This document shows positions 1-9,339 of a DNA stretch of 64,000 nt, in pieces. Numbering within the stretch: position 1 is the stretch's first letter; every line of letters begins with the position of its first letter. The stretch comes from a bacterium (GTDB lineage: Bacteria; UBA8248). A program made the position numbers and the translations under genes. The notes below the pieces were generated by a model. The model was not told the DNA's origin. It did not search any database and saw only the letters and a program-made list of their open reading frames with translations. The stretch spans positions 2,080,001 to 2,144,000 of the forward strand of contig OY843592.1 in assembly GCA_963692865.2 (NCBI GenBank). Direction: 5' to 3'.

Positions 1-116
1 CCCCTACACTCAATTCCACCCGGTGAGGAAATGAATGGCTTTTTGTGCGGGTAGGGGCAAAGTTCTTCTCGAGATCGACCCAAGATTCGCGAACCTCCCC
101 TAGGGGTTCTGGAACC

Positions 117-839
117 TCAATCCCCGAACAGCGATCCTTGAAGCTGTGGCGGCTTCTCTTGTTCCACATGCCTTTCGAGGCACGCCGCGTCGTCGTTCCT
201 CGGGCTGTTGACCCGCTCGCTCACCGGATAATACGAAAAGGCCTCGGATGGATACGGCTTGAGCAGCGGCTGGAGGACCTTCGCTCTGTTCTCGCGCGGG
301 TTCAGCCAGTCCGCGTAGGACGCCTCGGGCAGGATGACGGGCATCCGGTGGTGCAGTTCGGCCAGTTTTTTGTTCGCTTCCGTCGTGAGGATCGTGCAGG
401 TTTCGAGAACGCTCCCCTCCGCCCCGGTCCAGCTCTCCCAGAGACCCGCAAACGCGAAGGGTTTTCCGTTTTCCAGATGAATGAACCAGGGCTGTTTTTT
501 TCTCCCGTTCCCCGACCACTCGTAGAAGCCGTCCGCGGGGATGAGGCATCGCCTGTAGCGGAAGGCGGCGCGGAAGGCGGGTTTCTCGGCGGCGGTCTCG
601 GAGCGCGCGTTGATTGTCCTGGCGCCGAAATCGGAGTCTTTCGCCCAGAAGGGCACCAGACCCCAGCGCGCCAGGGCGAGTTCGCGCGGCTTGTTCTCCC
701 GGGAGCGGACGATGGCGACGTCCGTACCCGGCGAAACGTTGTAGCGGGGCGGCACGCCGCCTACCTTTTCGGGATTTTCCAGGCCCAAAATCTCGGCGAG
801 CCAGGGGATGGGTTCTATGAGGGTGAAGCGTCCGCACAT
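117..839 (-). CDS. SOS response-associated peptidase (SRAP/YedK/HMCES family), abasic-site processing protein
   Basis: N-terminal MCGRF with catalytic Cys2; RYNVSP, WGLVPFW, INARSET, RRCLIPADGFYEW and HHRMPVIL motifs. Confidence 0.95.
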   Translation of the reverse strand: MCGRFTLIEPIPWLAEILGLENPEKVGGVPPRYNVSPGTDVAIVRSRENKPRELALARWGLVPFWAKDSDFGARTINARSETAAEKPAFRAAFRYRRCLIPADGFYEWSGNGRKKQPWFIHLENGKPFAFAGLWESWTGAEGSVLETCTILTTEANKKLAELHHRMPVILPEASYADWLNPRENRAKVLQPLLKPYPSEAFSYYPVSERVNSPRNDDAACLERHVEQEKPPQLQGSLFGD

Positions 840-842
840 CGC

Positions 843-1889
843 CTACAAACCCCGCCAGGCGACGCCGTTCGCCACGCCCTGGGGCGCTTCGCCGTTCAGC
901 GCGCGGTGGACGTTCGCGAAGTAAATCTCGATTTCCCGGATGATGTTTTCATCGTCCCCGCCCGCGCAGTGCGGCGTGGGGATGACGTTCGGCAGGCGCA
1001 GCAGGGGGTGTTCGGGCGGAAAGGGTTCGGGGTCGAAGACGTCCAGCCCCGCGCCGCCGATGTGGCCGTCTGAGAGCGCGCGGTACATGGCCTCCTGGTC
1101 GATCAGCGGCCCGCGCCCGATGTTCAGAAGGTACGCCCCTCTGGGCAGCGCGCGAATCTCCTTCTCGCCGATGATGCCGCGCGTCTGCTCGTTCAGGCCC
1201 ACGCCGACCAGAAGCGCCTCTGTGTTTTCAAACAACTCCTCCCGTCCCACGGGTCGCGCGCCCAGCGCCTCGTCCACGGATTCGGGCAGGGGCGTTCGGT
1301 TCCAATACAGAATTTCCATCCCGAACGCGCGGGCGCGCAGGGCCACGCCGCGTCCGATGTCGCCCATCCCCAGGACGCCCAGGCGCATCCCGCGCAGGGG
1401 GGAGATGCCCTGCGTCTGCGTCCAGTTGTACGCGCTGCCGTCTGGCCTTTGGGGGGATGGGGGATTGCCCGAACCCTCGCGGGAGGCGCGGGTCGTTTCC
1501 TCAAAATTTCTCACGAGCGCAAGCAGCATCATGATGACGTGGTCCGCCACCGAATCGGTGATCGGCATGGGGAAGGTCATCACGGGCACGCCCGCCCGCG
1601 TGGCGCGCTCGATCTGGAGTTTTTCGAAGAAATAGCCGCCCGCCTGGATGAGCTTGAGATTCTTGGCGCGCGCATAAAAATCATCGGGCAGCGGGTCGTT
1701 TTCGCAGAAGAAAAAATCCGCATCTTGCATCGCCGCCATCCGCTTATCGGCGTCCGGTTCGATGATGAGTTCGATTCTTTCCTCATCCAGCGCGCGGGTG
1801 AGGCGCTCTCCGATATCGGGAGAGAAGGGCCTGCCGCGCAGGGCGCGGATGCAGGGCAGCATGCGTGCGACGACGCGGACACGGCGCAT
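843..1889 (-). CDS. D-isomer-specific 2-hydroxyacid dehydrogenase
   Basis: GVLGMGDIG Rossmann motif, LNIGRG, GAGLDVFDPEP, TPHCAG. Confidence 0.9.
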   Translation of the reverse strand: MRRVRVVARMLPCIRALRGRPFSPDIGERLTRALDEERIELIIEPDADKRMAAMQDADFFFCENDPLPDDFYARAKNLKLIQAGGYFFEKLQIERATRAGVPVMTFPMPITDSVADHVIMMLLALVRNFEETTRASREGSGNPPSPQRPDGSAYNWTQTQGISPLRGMRLGVLGMGDIGRGVALRARAFGMEILYWNRTPLPESVDEALGARPVGREELFENTEALLVGVGLNEQTRGIIGEKEIRALPRGAYLLNIGRGPLIDQEAMYRALSDGHIGGAGLDVFDPEPFPPEHPLLRLPNVIPTPHCAGGDDENIIREIEIYFANVHRALNGEAPQGVANGVAWRGL

Positions 1890-1893
1890 GCGC

Positions 1894-3639
1894 TTACTCC
1901 GTCTTTCTCAGGAAGCCGAAGTCACAACCTTGGGGCGCCTGGAGCACGTTTTCGATGAACAGCCTGCCGTAGCCCCTGTCATAGTGAGGTGGCCTGGTTT
2001 CCAGAGCGGCGCGGCGGCGTTCGAGTTCTTCTTCTGGTACGTTCAGGTCGAGCCTCCGGTTCGGGACGTCCAGGGTGATCATGTCGCCGTCGCGAACCAG
2101 GGCGAGGGGGCCTCCCGCCGCCGCCTCGGGCGCAACGTGGAGCACGATGGTCCCCGACGCCGTGCCGCTCATGCGCGCGTCCGAAACGCGCACCACGTCG
2201 CGCACGCCCGCTTCGAGCAGCTTCTTCGGCAGTGGCAGAGAACCCGCCTCCGGGAAGCCGGGCGCGCCGATGGGGCCGGTGTTCTGGAGGACGAAGACGC
2301 TCTCCGCCGTGGCGGGGAGGTCGGGGTCGTCGATGCGCTCGATCATGTCCTGCTGGGATGTGAACACGACCGCAGACCCCGTGTGGGTCAGCAGATCGGA
2401 GCCTGCCGCCGACACCTTGATGACCGCCCCGTCGGGCGCGAGCGAGCCCTTGACGATCACGAGGCCGCCTTCTTTCGATATGGGCTTCTCCCGCGTGTAG
2501 ATGACGTCCTGCCAGGGCTGCGCCCTTTGGACTTTTGCGAGGTTTTCCGTCACGCTCTCTCCCGTCACGGTGAGGCAATCCCCGTGGAGGAGGGGTTCGA
2601 GTTCCTTCATCACCACGGGGATGCCGCCCGCCGCCGCGAGGTCTTCCATCAGGTATTTCTTCCCCGATGGGCGGATGTTGCCGATCATGGGCGTGGTGCG
2701 CGAGATTTCATCGAACAGCGAGAGCGGAAGGTCGATCCCCAGCCTTCCGGCGATGGCCGGCAGGTGGACGACGGCGTTCGTCGAGCCGCCCACGGCCATG
2801 AGCACGCGGATGGCGTTCTCGAACGCCTCGCGCGCGATGATCTTATCGGGCGTAACGTCTTTTTCGATCAGGTCGACGATGCGCCGCCCGCTCTGCTCCG
2901 CCAGACGCATGCGGTTCGAGTTCACCGCCGGGATCGCCGCGAGTCCGGGGAGCATCATGCCCATCGCCTCGGTGAGCGAGGCCATGGTGCTCGCCGTGCC
3001 CATCACCATGCAGGTTCCCGTGGAGGGGAACAGCGATCCCTGCACCTCTTCGAGCCTGTCGTCGTCGTAGTTGCCTGCCCGGTATTCGGCCCACGTTCCC
3101 CGGCAGTCCGAGCACGCGCCCAGCACCTTGTCCTCGAAGCGGCCGCCGATCATCGGCCCCGCCGTCACGCAGATGGCGGGAATGCCCGCGCTGGCCGCGC
3201 CCATGAGCTGCGCGGGCAGGGTCTTGTCACAGCCGCCGAGCAGCACCACGCCGTCCATGGGCTGGCCCTTGATCATCTCCTCGGTGTCCATCGAGAGGAG
3301 GTTTCTGAAGAACATGGCCGTGGGGTTCATGTACATCTCGCCCAGGGAGATGGTGGGAAATTCCAGCGGCAGTCCGCCTGATTGCCACACGCCGCGCTTC
3401 ACGGCCTCGGCGACCTCGCGCAGGTGGCGGTGGCAGGGATTGAGTTCGCTCCAGGTCTGCGCGATGCCGACGATGGGTTTTTCCAGGTCCTCTTTCGTAA
3501 GCCCGAACCCCCGCGCGTAGGCGCCTCTTGCGAAAACGCTGAAGCCCGGGTCGCCATAGTTCGTCAGTCCTCTCAGGTGTCCCCGCATCTTGGAAAGCAC
3601 TCCTTTGGGTGTAGGTTTTCGGGAATCCATCCGCATCAT
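1894..3639 (-). CDS. IlvD/Edd-family dehydratase (likely sugar-acid dehydratase type)
   Basis: ELNPCH, GCDKT, GTCMVMGTASTM, GGSTN and SDARMSGT motifs. Confidence 0.9.
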   Translation of the reverse strand: MMRMDSRKPTPKGVLSKMRGHLRGLTNYGDPGFSVFARGAYARGFGLTKEDLEKPIVGIAQTWSELNPCHRHLREVAEAVKRGVWQSGGLPLEFPTISLGEMYMNPTAMFFRNLLSMDTEEMIKGQPMDGVVLLGGCDKTLPAQLMGAASAGIPAICVTAGPMIGGRFEDKVLGACSDCRGTWAEYRAGNYDDDRLEEVQGSLFPSTGTCMVMGTASTMASLTEAMGMMLPGLAAIPAVNSNRMRLAEQSGRRIVDLIEKDVTPDKIIAREAFENAIRVLMAVGGSTNAVVHLPAIAGRLGIDLPLSLFDEISRTTPMIGNIRPSGKKYLMEDLAAAGGIPVVMKELEPLLHGDCLTVTGESVTENLAKVQRAQPWQDVIYTREKPISKEGGLVIVKGSLAPDGAVIKVSAAGSDLLTHTGSAVVFTSQQDMIERIDDPDLPATAESVFVLQNTGPIGAPGFPEAGSLPLPKKLLEAGVRDVVRVSDARMSGTASGTIVLHVAPEAAAGGPLALVRDGDMITLDVPNRRLDLNVPEEELERRRAALETRPPHYDRGYGRLFIENVLQAPQGCDFGFLRKTE

Positions 3640-3758
3640 TCCTCATGGGCGGGGAATGGGCAAGCGCATCCGGCGGTCGCCCCTTTCCGCGGCTTTTGCT
3701 CTCGCCCGAAACAGGTTACATTGAATGAAGTAAGGCTCAGGACTCGCGCGACAGGAGG

Positions 3759-4349
3759 ATGAGCATGCAACACAGGCTATCTGCTTCATTTTTGCCGCCG
3801 AAGCGCTCCATCCGTTCCATTTTCATATTGTTCACGCTTCTCACTCTGGCGGCGGGCGCGGGGTGCGCCCGTGGGAAAAAGTCCGCCGAAACCCCGCGCA
3901 GCGGCAAGGGCGAAATTATCGTGACGAGCAGGCCCGAGGGCGCCGTCATCATCTTCAACGGCAACCTGCGCGGGGAGGCTTATAAACTGAGGCCCGTCGA
4001 GATCAAGGGCGTCGACTACGGGCGTCATTCGGTTCGGGCGGAGTTTCCGGGCTACGTCGGCCGGGTCGTGGAATTCGACGTGCGCGCGAAGAAGACGCCC
4101 GTCGAGATACGGCTGACGAAAAACGGCGCCGGCCGCCTGGTCGTCCATTCGAATCCGCCGGGCGCGGAAGTCTTTATCAACAGCCGGTATTTCGGCAAGG
4201 CCGAACCGATGCTCAAGGTGCCGAGTCTCGCGCCGGGCGAGTATTCGATGTGGCTGCGTTTGCCGGGATACGGGATGGAGCGCCGCAAAGTCATCGTCGA
4301 GCGAAGGCGCGAGCGCCGCTACATGGTCGTCCTGGACAAAACGCCTTGA
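3759..4349 (+). CDS. PEGA-domain lipoprotein
   Basis: Signal peptide ending AGAGC; two repeats VTSRPEGAVI / VHSNPPGAEVFIN; GGAGG SD upstream. Confidence 0.8.
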   Translation: MSMQHRLSASFLPPKRSIRSIFILFTLLTLAAGAGCARGKKSAETPRSGKGEIIVTSRPEGAVIIFNGNLRGEAYKLRPVEIKGVDYGRHSVRAEFPGYVGRVVEFDVRAKKTPVEIRLTKNGAGRLVVHSNPPGAEVFINSRYFGKAEPMLKVPSLAPGEYSMWLRLPGYGMERRKVIVERRRERRYMVVLDKTP

Positions 4350-4425
4350 ATCTATCCAATCGCTGAGCGGCCGGCCTGACGAAAGCTGAACTGACAACCC
4401 GATTTGCGCCGGTTACCCGCGCTTC

Positions 4426-4852
4426 GGGGGTTGTTGGAAAAGCCACGCAGGAGAAAAGCAGAGGGGTTTGTAGGTCAGACATATATGTCTGACATATCAT
4501 GCGGCCCGTTCGCGGGAGGCATGAAAATCCGGGTCGCATGATATGCGACCCCTACACTTGCGTTGCAGATGGGGTCGCCTATGCACAATCGGGCGCCATA
4601 TCACCCTCACCCTGAGTAGCCGCCGAAGGCGGCGTATCGAAGGGCGAGGGGAGTCGAACGCCTCGCGCCGGGCGAGAAGGCATCCTTCGATACGCGGCTT
4701 CGCCGCTACTCAGGATGAGGCGGAGGGGGGTTTTGCACCAGTCCTGCACATGCGTCCCTTTGCTTTTGCCCGTCATTCCGGTTTTCGCCGGAATGGCGGG
4801 CAAGGCGAAAATCATTCCCTCTCTCGTTAATCGGGGCTTTTTCAACAGCTCC
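4426..4852. mobile_element. MITE-like composite with imperfect terminal inverted repeats, containing a GTAG-type REP doublet and a palindromic repeat
   Basis: Ends GGGGTTGTTGGAAAAGCC ... GGCTTTTTCAACAGCTCC flanked by a GCTTC(G) duplication. REP hairpins at 4470-4493 and 4531-4555. Palindrome CCTCACCCTGAGTAG...CTACTCAGGATGAGG at 4605-4720; 4684-4725 is nearly identical to 17661-17702. Confidence 0.65.
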
Positions 4853-4986
4853 GCTTCGGCGCCGATTTGCGGACTTGATCCGTGATGGCGATGCCTTTAT
4901 CTTGTTGAACTCGTTCCGGATGAAACTTTCGGGCTTCTTCGGATATGGGCGCTTCGCATTTGCAGGTAGCGTCAAGGAGACGAGAG

Positions 4987-6093
4987 ATGTCCACCGAATA
5001 CATATGGGCGCTTTGCTCCCACAGAGCGGGGGACGGGTCGCAGGTGAACCAGAAGACGCCCGAGCGCCCCGCCACCCTGGATTATTTGGCGGAAGTCACG
5101 GCGACGGCCGAGGAGGCGGGCTTCGCCAACATCCTCGTGCCGTGCGGCACGCACTGCATCGACGCCTGGACGACGGCGGGCGCGATTTCGAGCCGGACGA
5201 AGAAAATCAAGTTTCTCGTGGCTTTCAGACCCGGAATCACCGGTCCGGTCTATGCGGCGCAGCAGGCGAACAGCCTCGATTATCTCACGCGCGGGCGGTG
5301 CACCCTGAACGTGGTGACGGGCAGCACGCCCGTGGATCAGAAAAGATACGGGGATTTCATGCCGCACGACGATCGCTACGCGCGAACGGGCGAGTTCCTG
5401 GACGTGGTGCGCAAGCTCTGGAACGCGGAGGGCCCCCTGGACTACAAGGGGAAATTCTTTGAAATCGAAAACGCAAGCATCTTTCCCGAGCGGGTGACGA
5501 AGCCGAATCCCCCGATTTTCCTGGCGGGCAGCTCCGAGCCGGGCAAGCGCGTGGCGTGGGAGCACGGCGACGTGCACGTCATGTACGCGGCCGAGCCCGA
5601 GGTTGTCGGGAAGGACATCGAGGAGGGCAGGCGCGAGTCCCAGGCGTACGAGCGGGAGCGGCCGCTCAGCTACGGCATCCGCCATCTCGTCTGCGTGCGC
5701 GAGACGAGGGAAGAGGCTGTGCGCGCCGCCGAGGCGCTCATCGACAAGAGCGACATCTCGAACACGGGCACCTGGAGCGACATGAAGAACAACACCGAAT
5801 CCACCGGCCAGATGCGCATCAACGAGATGGGCTCGCGCGGGAGCCTCTGGCTCACCGACACGATCTGGATGGGCGTGAACCGGGTGCGCGGCGGCGCGGG
5901 GACGATGTTCGTCGGCACGCCGGACATGGTCGCCGACGTGATTCGCGAGTATTACGACGCGGGCGTGCGGCACTTCATCATGAACGGATGGCCCCACAAG
6001 GAAGAGGCGGAAATTTTCGGCAGGGAGGTTCTGCCGCTTCTCAAGGATACCGAACCCGTCGTACTGCCCGAGCCCGCCGGCGTCGCAGCGTAA
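4987..6093 (+). CDS. LLM-class flavin-dependent monooxygenase (SsuD-like)
   Basis: AEEAGFANILVP, FLVAFRPG, GRCTLNVVTG, PPIFLAGSS, FVGTPDMVAD motifs; adjacent FMN reductase. Confidence 0.9.
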   Translation: MSTEYIWALCSHRAGDGSQVNQKTPERPATLDYLAEVTATAEEAGFANILVPCGTHCIDAWTTAGAISSRTKKIKFLVAFRPGITGPVYAAQQANSLDYLTRGRCTLNVVTGSTPVDQKRYGDFMPHDDRYARTGEFLDVVRKLWNAEGPLDYKGKFFEIENASIFPERVTKPNPPIFLAGSSEPGKRVAWEHGDVHVMYAAEPEVVGKDIEEGRRESQAYERERPLSYGIRHLVCVRETREEAVRAAEALIDKSDISNTGTWSDMKNNTESTGQMRINEMGSRGSLWLTDTIWMGVNRVRGGAGTMFVGTPDMVADVIREYYDAGVRHFIMNGWPHKEEAEIFGREVLPLLKDTEPVVLPEPAGVAA

Positions 6094-6108
6094 ACGCAAA
6101 AACACGAA

Positions 6109-6642
6109 ATGACCCCCTACATTCTCGTCTTCGGCGGCAGCCGCAGGCCGCAAAACAACACCGACAAGGCCCTCGCATTAGCGCTCGATGAGTTGGGCGA
6201 GGGCGATTTCGAGATCAGGCGCGTTCATCTGGGCGAACTGGATCTCCCTCTGCCGGGTGAGCCGAGCGAGTCGAAAGACCCCGATAAGCTCAAGGAACTC
6301 GTGACGGGGGCGGCGGGCATCCTCATTGCGACGCCCGAGTATCACGGCAGCATCAGCAGCACGCTCAAGCTGGCGATTGACAACCTGGGCTATCCCTCCA
6401 CCTTCGAGGGCAAGACCATCGCCATCTTCGGCGTGGCGATGGGGCCGAGCGCGGACAACGCACTCGCGCACCTGAGACACATTCTCACCCACATCGGCGG
6501 AGAGGTTCTGCCCGGACAGGCTTCGGTCGGGAGCGTCCACAAGGTCTTCGGCGAGGATGGTCGCTGCGTGGATGAGGAGGCGGAGGCAGAGATTCGGGGC
6601 GTCGCCGCTCGTTTGATTGGTCATCTCAAGAATTCATCCTGA
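6109..6642 (+). CDS. NAD(P)H-dependent FMN reductase
   Basis: GGSRRPQNNT and ATPEYHGSISSTLKLAID motifs. Confidence 0.9.
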   Translation: MTPYILVFGGSRRPQNNTDKALALALDELGEGDFEIRRVHLGELDLPLPGEPSESKDPDKLKELVTGAAGILIATPEYHGSISSTLKLAIDNLGYPSTFEGKTIAIFGVAMGPSADNALAHLRHILTHIGGEVLPGQASVGSVHKVFGEDGRCVDEEAEAEIRGVAARLIGHLKNSS

Positions 6643-6650
6643 AACGAATA

Positions 6651-7430
6651 ATGACGGACTCCCCCACCAGTTTTCTGCACCGGCCGGGAAAATCTTCGCT
6701 CGCCTGGTTCCGGCTGGAGGGCGAATCGCCCGGCCTGATGTTCCTGGGCGGTTTCCGCTCGGACATGAGCGGGACGAAGGCGAGCGCGCTGGAAGCCCAT
6801 TGCCGAAAAGTCGGGCGCGCCTACGTCCGCTTCGATTACGGCGGACACGGGGAATCTTCCGGGAAATTCGAGGAGGGCACCATCGGCGAGTGGGCGGAGG
6901 ACGCTCTCGCGATACTGGACGGCGTCGCACAGGGTTCTCAGGTGCTCGTGGGATCCAGCATGGGCGCGTGGATGATGCTGCTCGCCGCCCTGGCCCGGCC
7001 CGAACGCGTGAAGGGTCTTGTGGGCGTGGCGTCGGGCCCCGACTTCACGGCGGGCTTCAAAAAACACAGGCTCACCGAAGAATTAAAGGGAGAACTCGAC
7101 GAGCGGGGATATATCATGCACCCGCCGAATATCTGGGAGGAGCCGTACCCCATCACCAAAAAGCTGCTCGATGAGGGGGACAACCATCTGCTCCTGCGCG
7201 GTGAAATCGATGTAACTTGTCCCGTGCGTCTCATCCACGGAATGTGCGATGAGACCATTTCCTGGGAGGTTTCCTTGAAACTGGCGAAGCTCCTGAAAGG
7301 CGACGATGTGCGACTCACGCTCGTCAAGGACGGCGGCCACCGGCTCTCGCGGGATGCGGACATCGAACTCATCATCCGGACGGCAGAGGAGTTGGCTGCG
7401 GGGCAGGGGGAGGCAACGGTCGATTTGTGA
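6651..7430 (+). CDS. Alpha/beta hydrolase (ABHD10-like)
   Basis: FLGGFRSDMSGTKA, FDYGGHGES, GSSMG nucleophile elbow, GGHRLS. Confidence 0.9.
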   Translation: MTDSPTSFLHRPGKSSLAWFRLEGESPGLMFLGGFRSDMSGTKASALEAHCRKVGRAYVRFDYGGHGESSGKFEEGTIGEWAEDALAILDGVAQGSQVLVGSSMGAWMMLLAALARPERVKGLVGVASGPDFTAGFKKHRLTEELKGELDERGYIMHPPNIWEEPYPITKKLLDEGDNHLLLRGEIDVTCPVRLIHGMCDETISWEVSLKLAKLLKGDDVRLTLVKDGGHRLSRDADIELIIRTAEELAAGQGEATVDL

Positions 7431-7463
7431 AGCACTTGATGGGATGGAAAGCGCATCGCCTTG

Positions 7464-7492
7464 TTGTAAACAAATATGAAATTTGTTATCAT
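7464..7492 (+). promoter_or_regulatory. Sigma70-like promoter with overlapping inverted repeat (possible TA operator)
   Basis: TTGTAA-17 bp-TATCAT; inverted repeat AACAAAT-N5-ATTTGTT at 7469-7487. Confidence 0.5.
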
Positions 7493-7530
7493 TTTGTAGT
7501 GTCTAGGTGTGGTGTCCATGAGGAGGTTGA

Positions 7531-8043
7531 ATGATCGGAGCCGATGCCTCCCCGTTAATCGTCTTTGCCAAGATTGGTCGCCTGAGGTTTTTGAAAGAAC
7601 TCTACGATGAGGTGTTGATAGGGCCTGTAGTGAAGGAGGAGACAATCGACGCCGGCAAGGTTGTTCGCGCCTTGGGCGTAGAGCAACTCGAATCCGCTAT
7701 GGAAGACGGCTGGCTGCAGGTGGTTCGCTTGACTGGTGAAGAACAAGACCTGATGCGACGACTCAGTGACCGCTCTCGGCTCGATAACGGGGAGTCCGAG
7801 TCTATCGCGCTTGCGAGTGCACGGGGCTTGCAACTGATCGTTGACGATAAAGAGGCCCGAAGCATGGCCGCCGCCGCGGGAATAGAACACATCGGCGCTG
7901 TCGGTGCATTGTTGGAAGCATACTTTCGAGGACATCTCGACTTGGAGGAACTGGAAGTCACGGTTCAGGACATTACCCGGATTCTGTGGCTTTCCCCATC
8001 CGTTGTGGCGGAAGTATTGCGAATCGCGCGGGAGGCGAAGTGA
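7531..8043 (+). CDS. PIN-domain/DUF3368-like toxin
   Basis: ADASPLI, V..E, LDNGESESIALA and IVDDKEAR acidic PIN motifs. Confidence 0.85.
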   Translation: MIGADASPLIVFAKIGRLRFLKELYDEVLIGPVVKEETIDAGKVVRALGVEQLESAMEDGWLQVVRLTGEEQDLMRRLSDRSRLDNGESESIALASARGLQLIVDDKEARSMAAAAGIEHIGAVGALLEAYFRGHLDLEELEVTVQDITRILWLSPSVVAEVLRIAREAK

Positions 8044-8360
8044 TGAAAAAAGAGCGTATGGTGGGCGCGAGGCTTCCCCTGGAACTGGTCCGCGAACTGG
8101 AACTCATCGAGAACGTGGAGCAGTCCGACCGTTCGACCACCCTGCGAAAGCTGCTGTCGAACGCCGTCCGGCAGTGGAAGCTGGAGCACTACGCCCGGCT
8201 GTACGGGGACGGGAAGGTGACCCTCGCGCGGGCGGCCCGCGATGCGGGAGTTTCCCTGTGGGAGATGATGGACTATGCGCGCATACGAAAAACGCCGGTC
8301 CAATACGACCTCGAAGATCTCGAGCGGGACCTGCAAACCATCCATCAAGGGGATGCGTAG
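8043..8360 (+). CDS. UPF0175-like antitoxin with RHH-like N-terminus
   Basis: VGARLPLEL...DRSTTLRKLL; LYGDGKVTLARAARDAGVSLWEM; ATG overlaps the toxin stop. Confidence 0.8.
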   Translation: MKKERMVGARLPLELVRELELIENVEQSDRSTTLRKLLSNAVRQWKLEHYARLYGDGKVTLARAARDAGVSLWEMMDYARIRKTPVQYDLEDLERDLQTIHQGDA

Positions 8361-8463
8361 CTCAAATTCGGTTTGAACAGGTGTTGCCCTCTCGACCCGC
8401 ATGAATGGGTTCCCCCCTGTCGATGTTCGCCCCGACGCGTCTGCGCGATTGATGATGCGCGGC

Positions 8464-8493
8464 TTGACACCAAGTCTTTGTTATCGTTAGTCT
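8464..8493 (+). promoter_or_regulatory. Sigma70-like promoter upstream of the eL13-like domain gene
   Basis: TTGACA-18 bp-TAGTCT. Confidence 0.45.
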
Positions 8494-8545
8494 TAACCCG
8501 TAAGTTTTCTTATTTCTCTTACCGCCCCCTTACAATCCTTTGAAG

Positions 8546-9322
8546 ATGGTTTTCTGCCGGGACGAATTATCGACCTCAAAGGGGGGCGCGAAAATCAAAA
8601 AGAAACTTTTCAACCGCATCGCGCGTCACAAGGGTTCCACACCTGCCGAACCGGATGAGGGGCATGAAATTCCGCCTCCCTCGGCCATCGAACCGGGAGT
8701 GCCGTATTCGGCTGAAGATCCGGAGGGCGAAAGCTATGGCTCTCATATGGAGTTGGAGCTGCTGGCTGCCGATGAGCCTTCGCGCACGGATTCGACGAAC
8801 GGTGTGGATGCCGAAGAAAGCGGCCGCCATGTCGCAGCAGAGGCATCGGCGGCCTTGGTCCCGGACGATTCACCGGATGATTCCGAACCGTCTCGTGAGG
8901 TCGAGGCGCACCGGGAGTATGGTCTTGAAATGGAAGTTTTGGCTTCGCCGGGAGTAGACGAGTCGCCTGCTGCGCCGGAGCCGTCTCAAGAAGATGATGA
9001 AACCGTCCCGGATGCAGCCGAAAGCGTCCCGGAGGTTCCTGCGTCCGAACCGGAGAGCCTCGATGCGAGTGGTGGGGAAACTGCGGACGACCCCGCGGAT
9101 GCTCCACCGGAAACGTCCGCAGCGGACAATGGACTCTCCGCCCTCGTCAGGGATGCGCGCGGCGACTGGCGGCCCGGAAAGGGCTTCAGCCGGAGCGAAT
9201 TGCGGGAAGCCGGCCTGAGCCTCGCCGAGGCCGCGCGTCTGCGTATCCGCGTCGACAAGCGCCGCCGCAATTCGCACCCGATGAACGTCGCGGCCCTTGA
9301 AAAAGCGAAAAATAAAGCCTGA
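8546..9322 (+). CDS. Acidic low-complexity protein with C-terminal ribosomal protein eL13 (L13e)-like domain
   Basis: C-terminus WRPGKGFSRSELREAGLSLAEAARLRIRVDKRRRNSHPMNVAALEK matches the eL13 pattern; start uncertain (ATG 8546 or ATC 8594). Confidence 0.75.
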   Translation: MVFCRDELSTSKGGAKIKKKLFNRIARHKGSTPAEPDEGHEIPPPSAIEPGVPYSAEDPEGESYGSHMELELLAADEPSRTDSTNGVDAEESGRHVAAEASAALVPDDSPDDSEPSREVEAHREYGLEMEVLASPGVDESPAAPEPSQEDDETVPDAAESVPEVPASEPESLDASGGETADDPADAPPETSAADNGLSALVRDARGDWRPGKGFSRSELREAGLSLAEAARLRIRVDKRRRNSHPMNVAALEKAKNKA

Positions 9323-9339
9323 GGCGAGGCGACGTGCCC

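Noticed and set aside
45-3381. Long antisense and alternate-frame ORFs (e.g. 45..1073, 1762..3381, 11279..13114, 29355..30758, 34766..36145)
   Set aside because: Shadow ORFs of high-GC genes; Arg/Gly/Ala-rich with no motifs, and overlapping well-supported CDSs.
4543-4845. Short ORFs across the repeat composites (also 17465-18269)
   Set aside because: Translations of palindromic repeats with no protein motifs.
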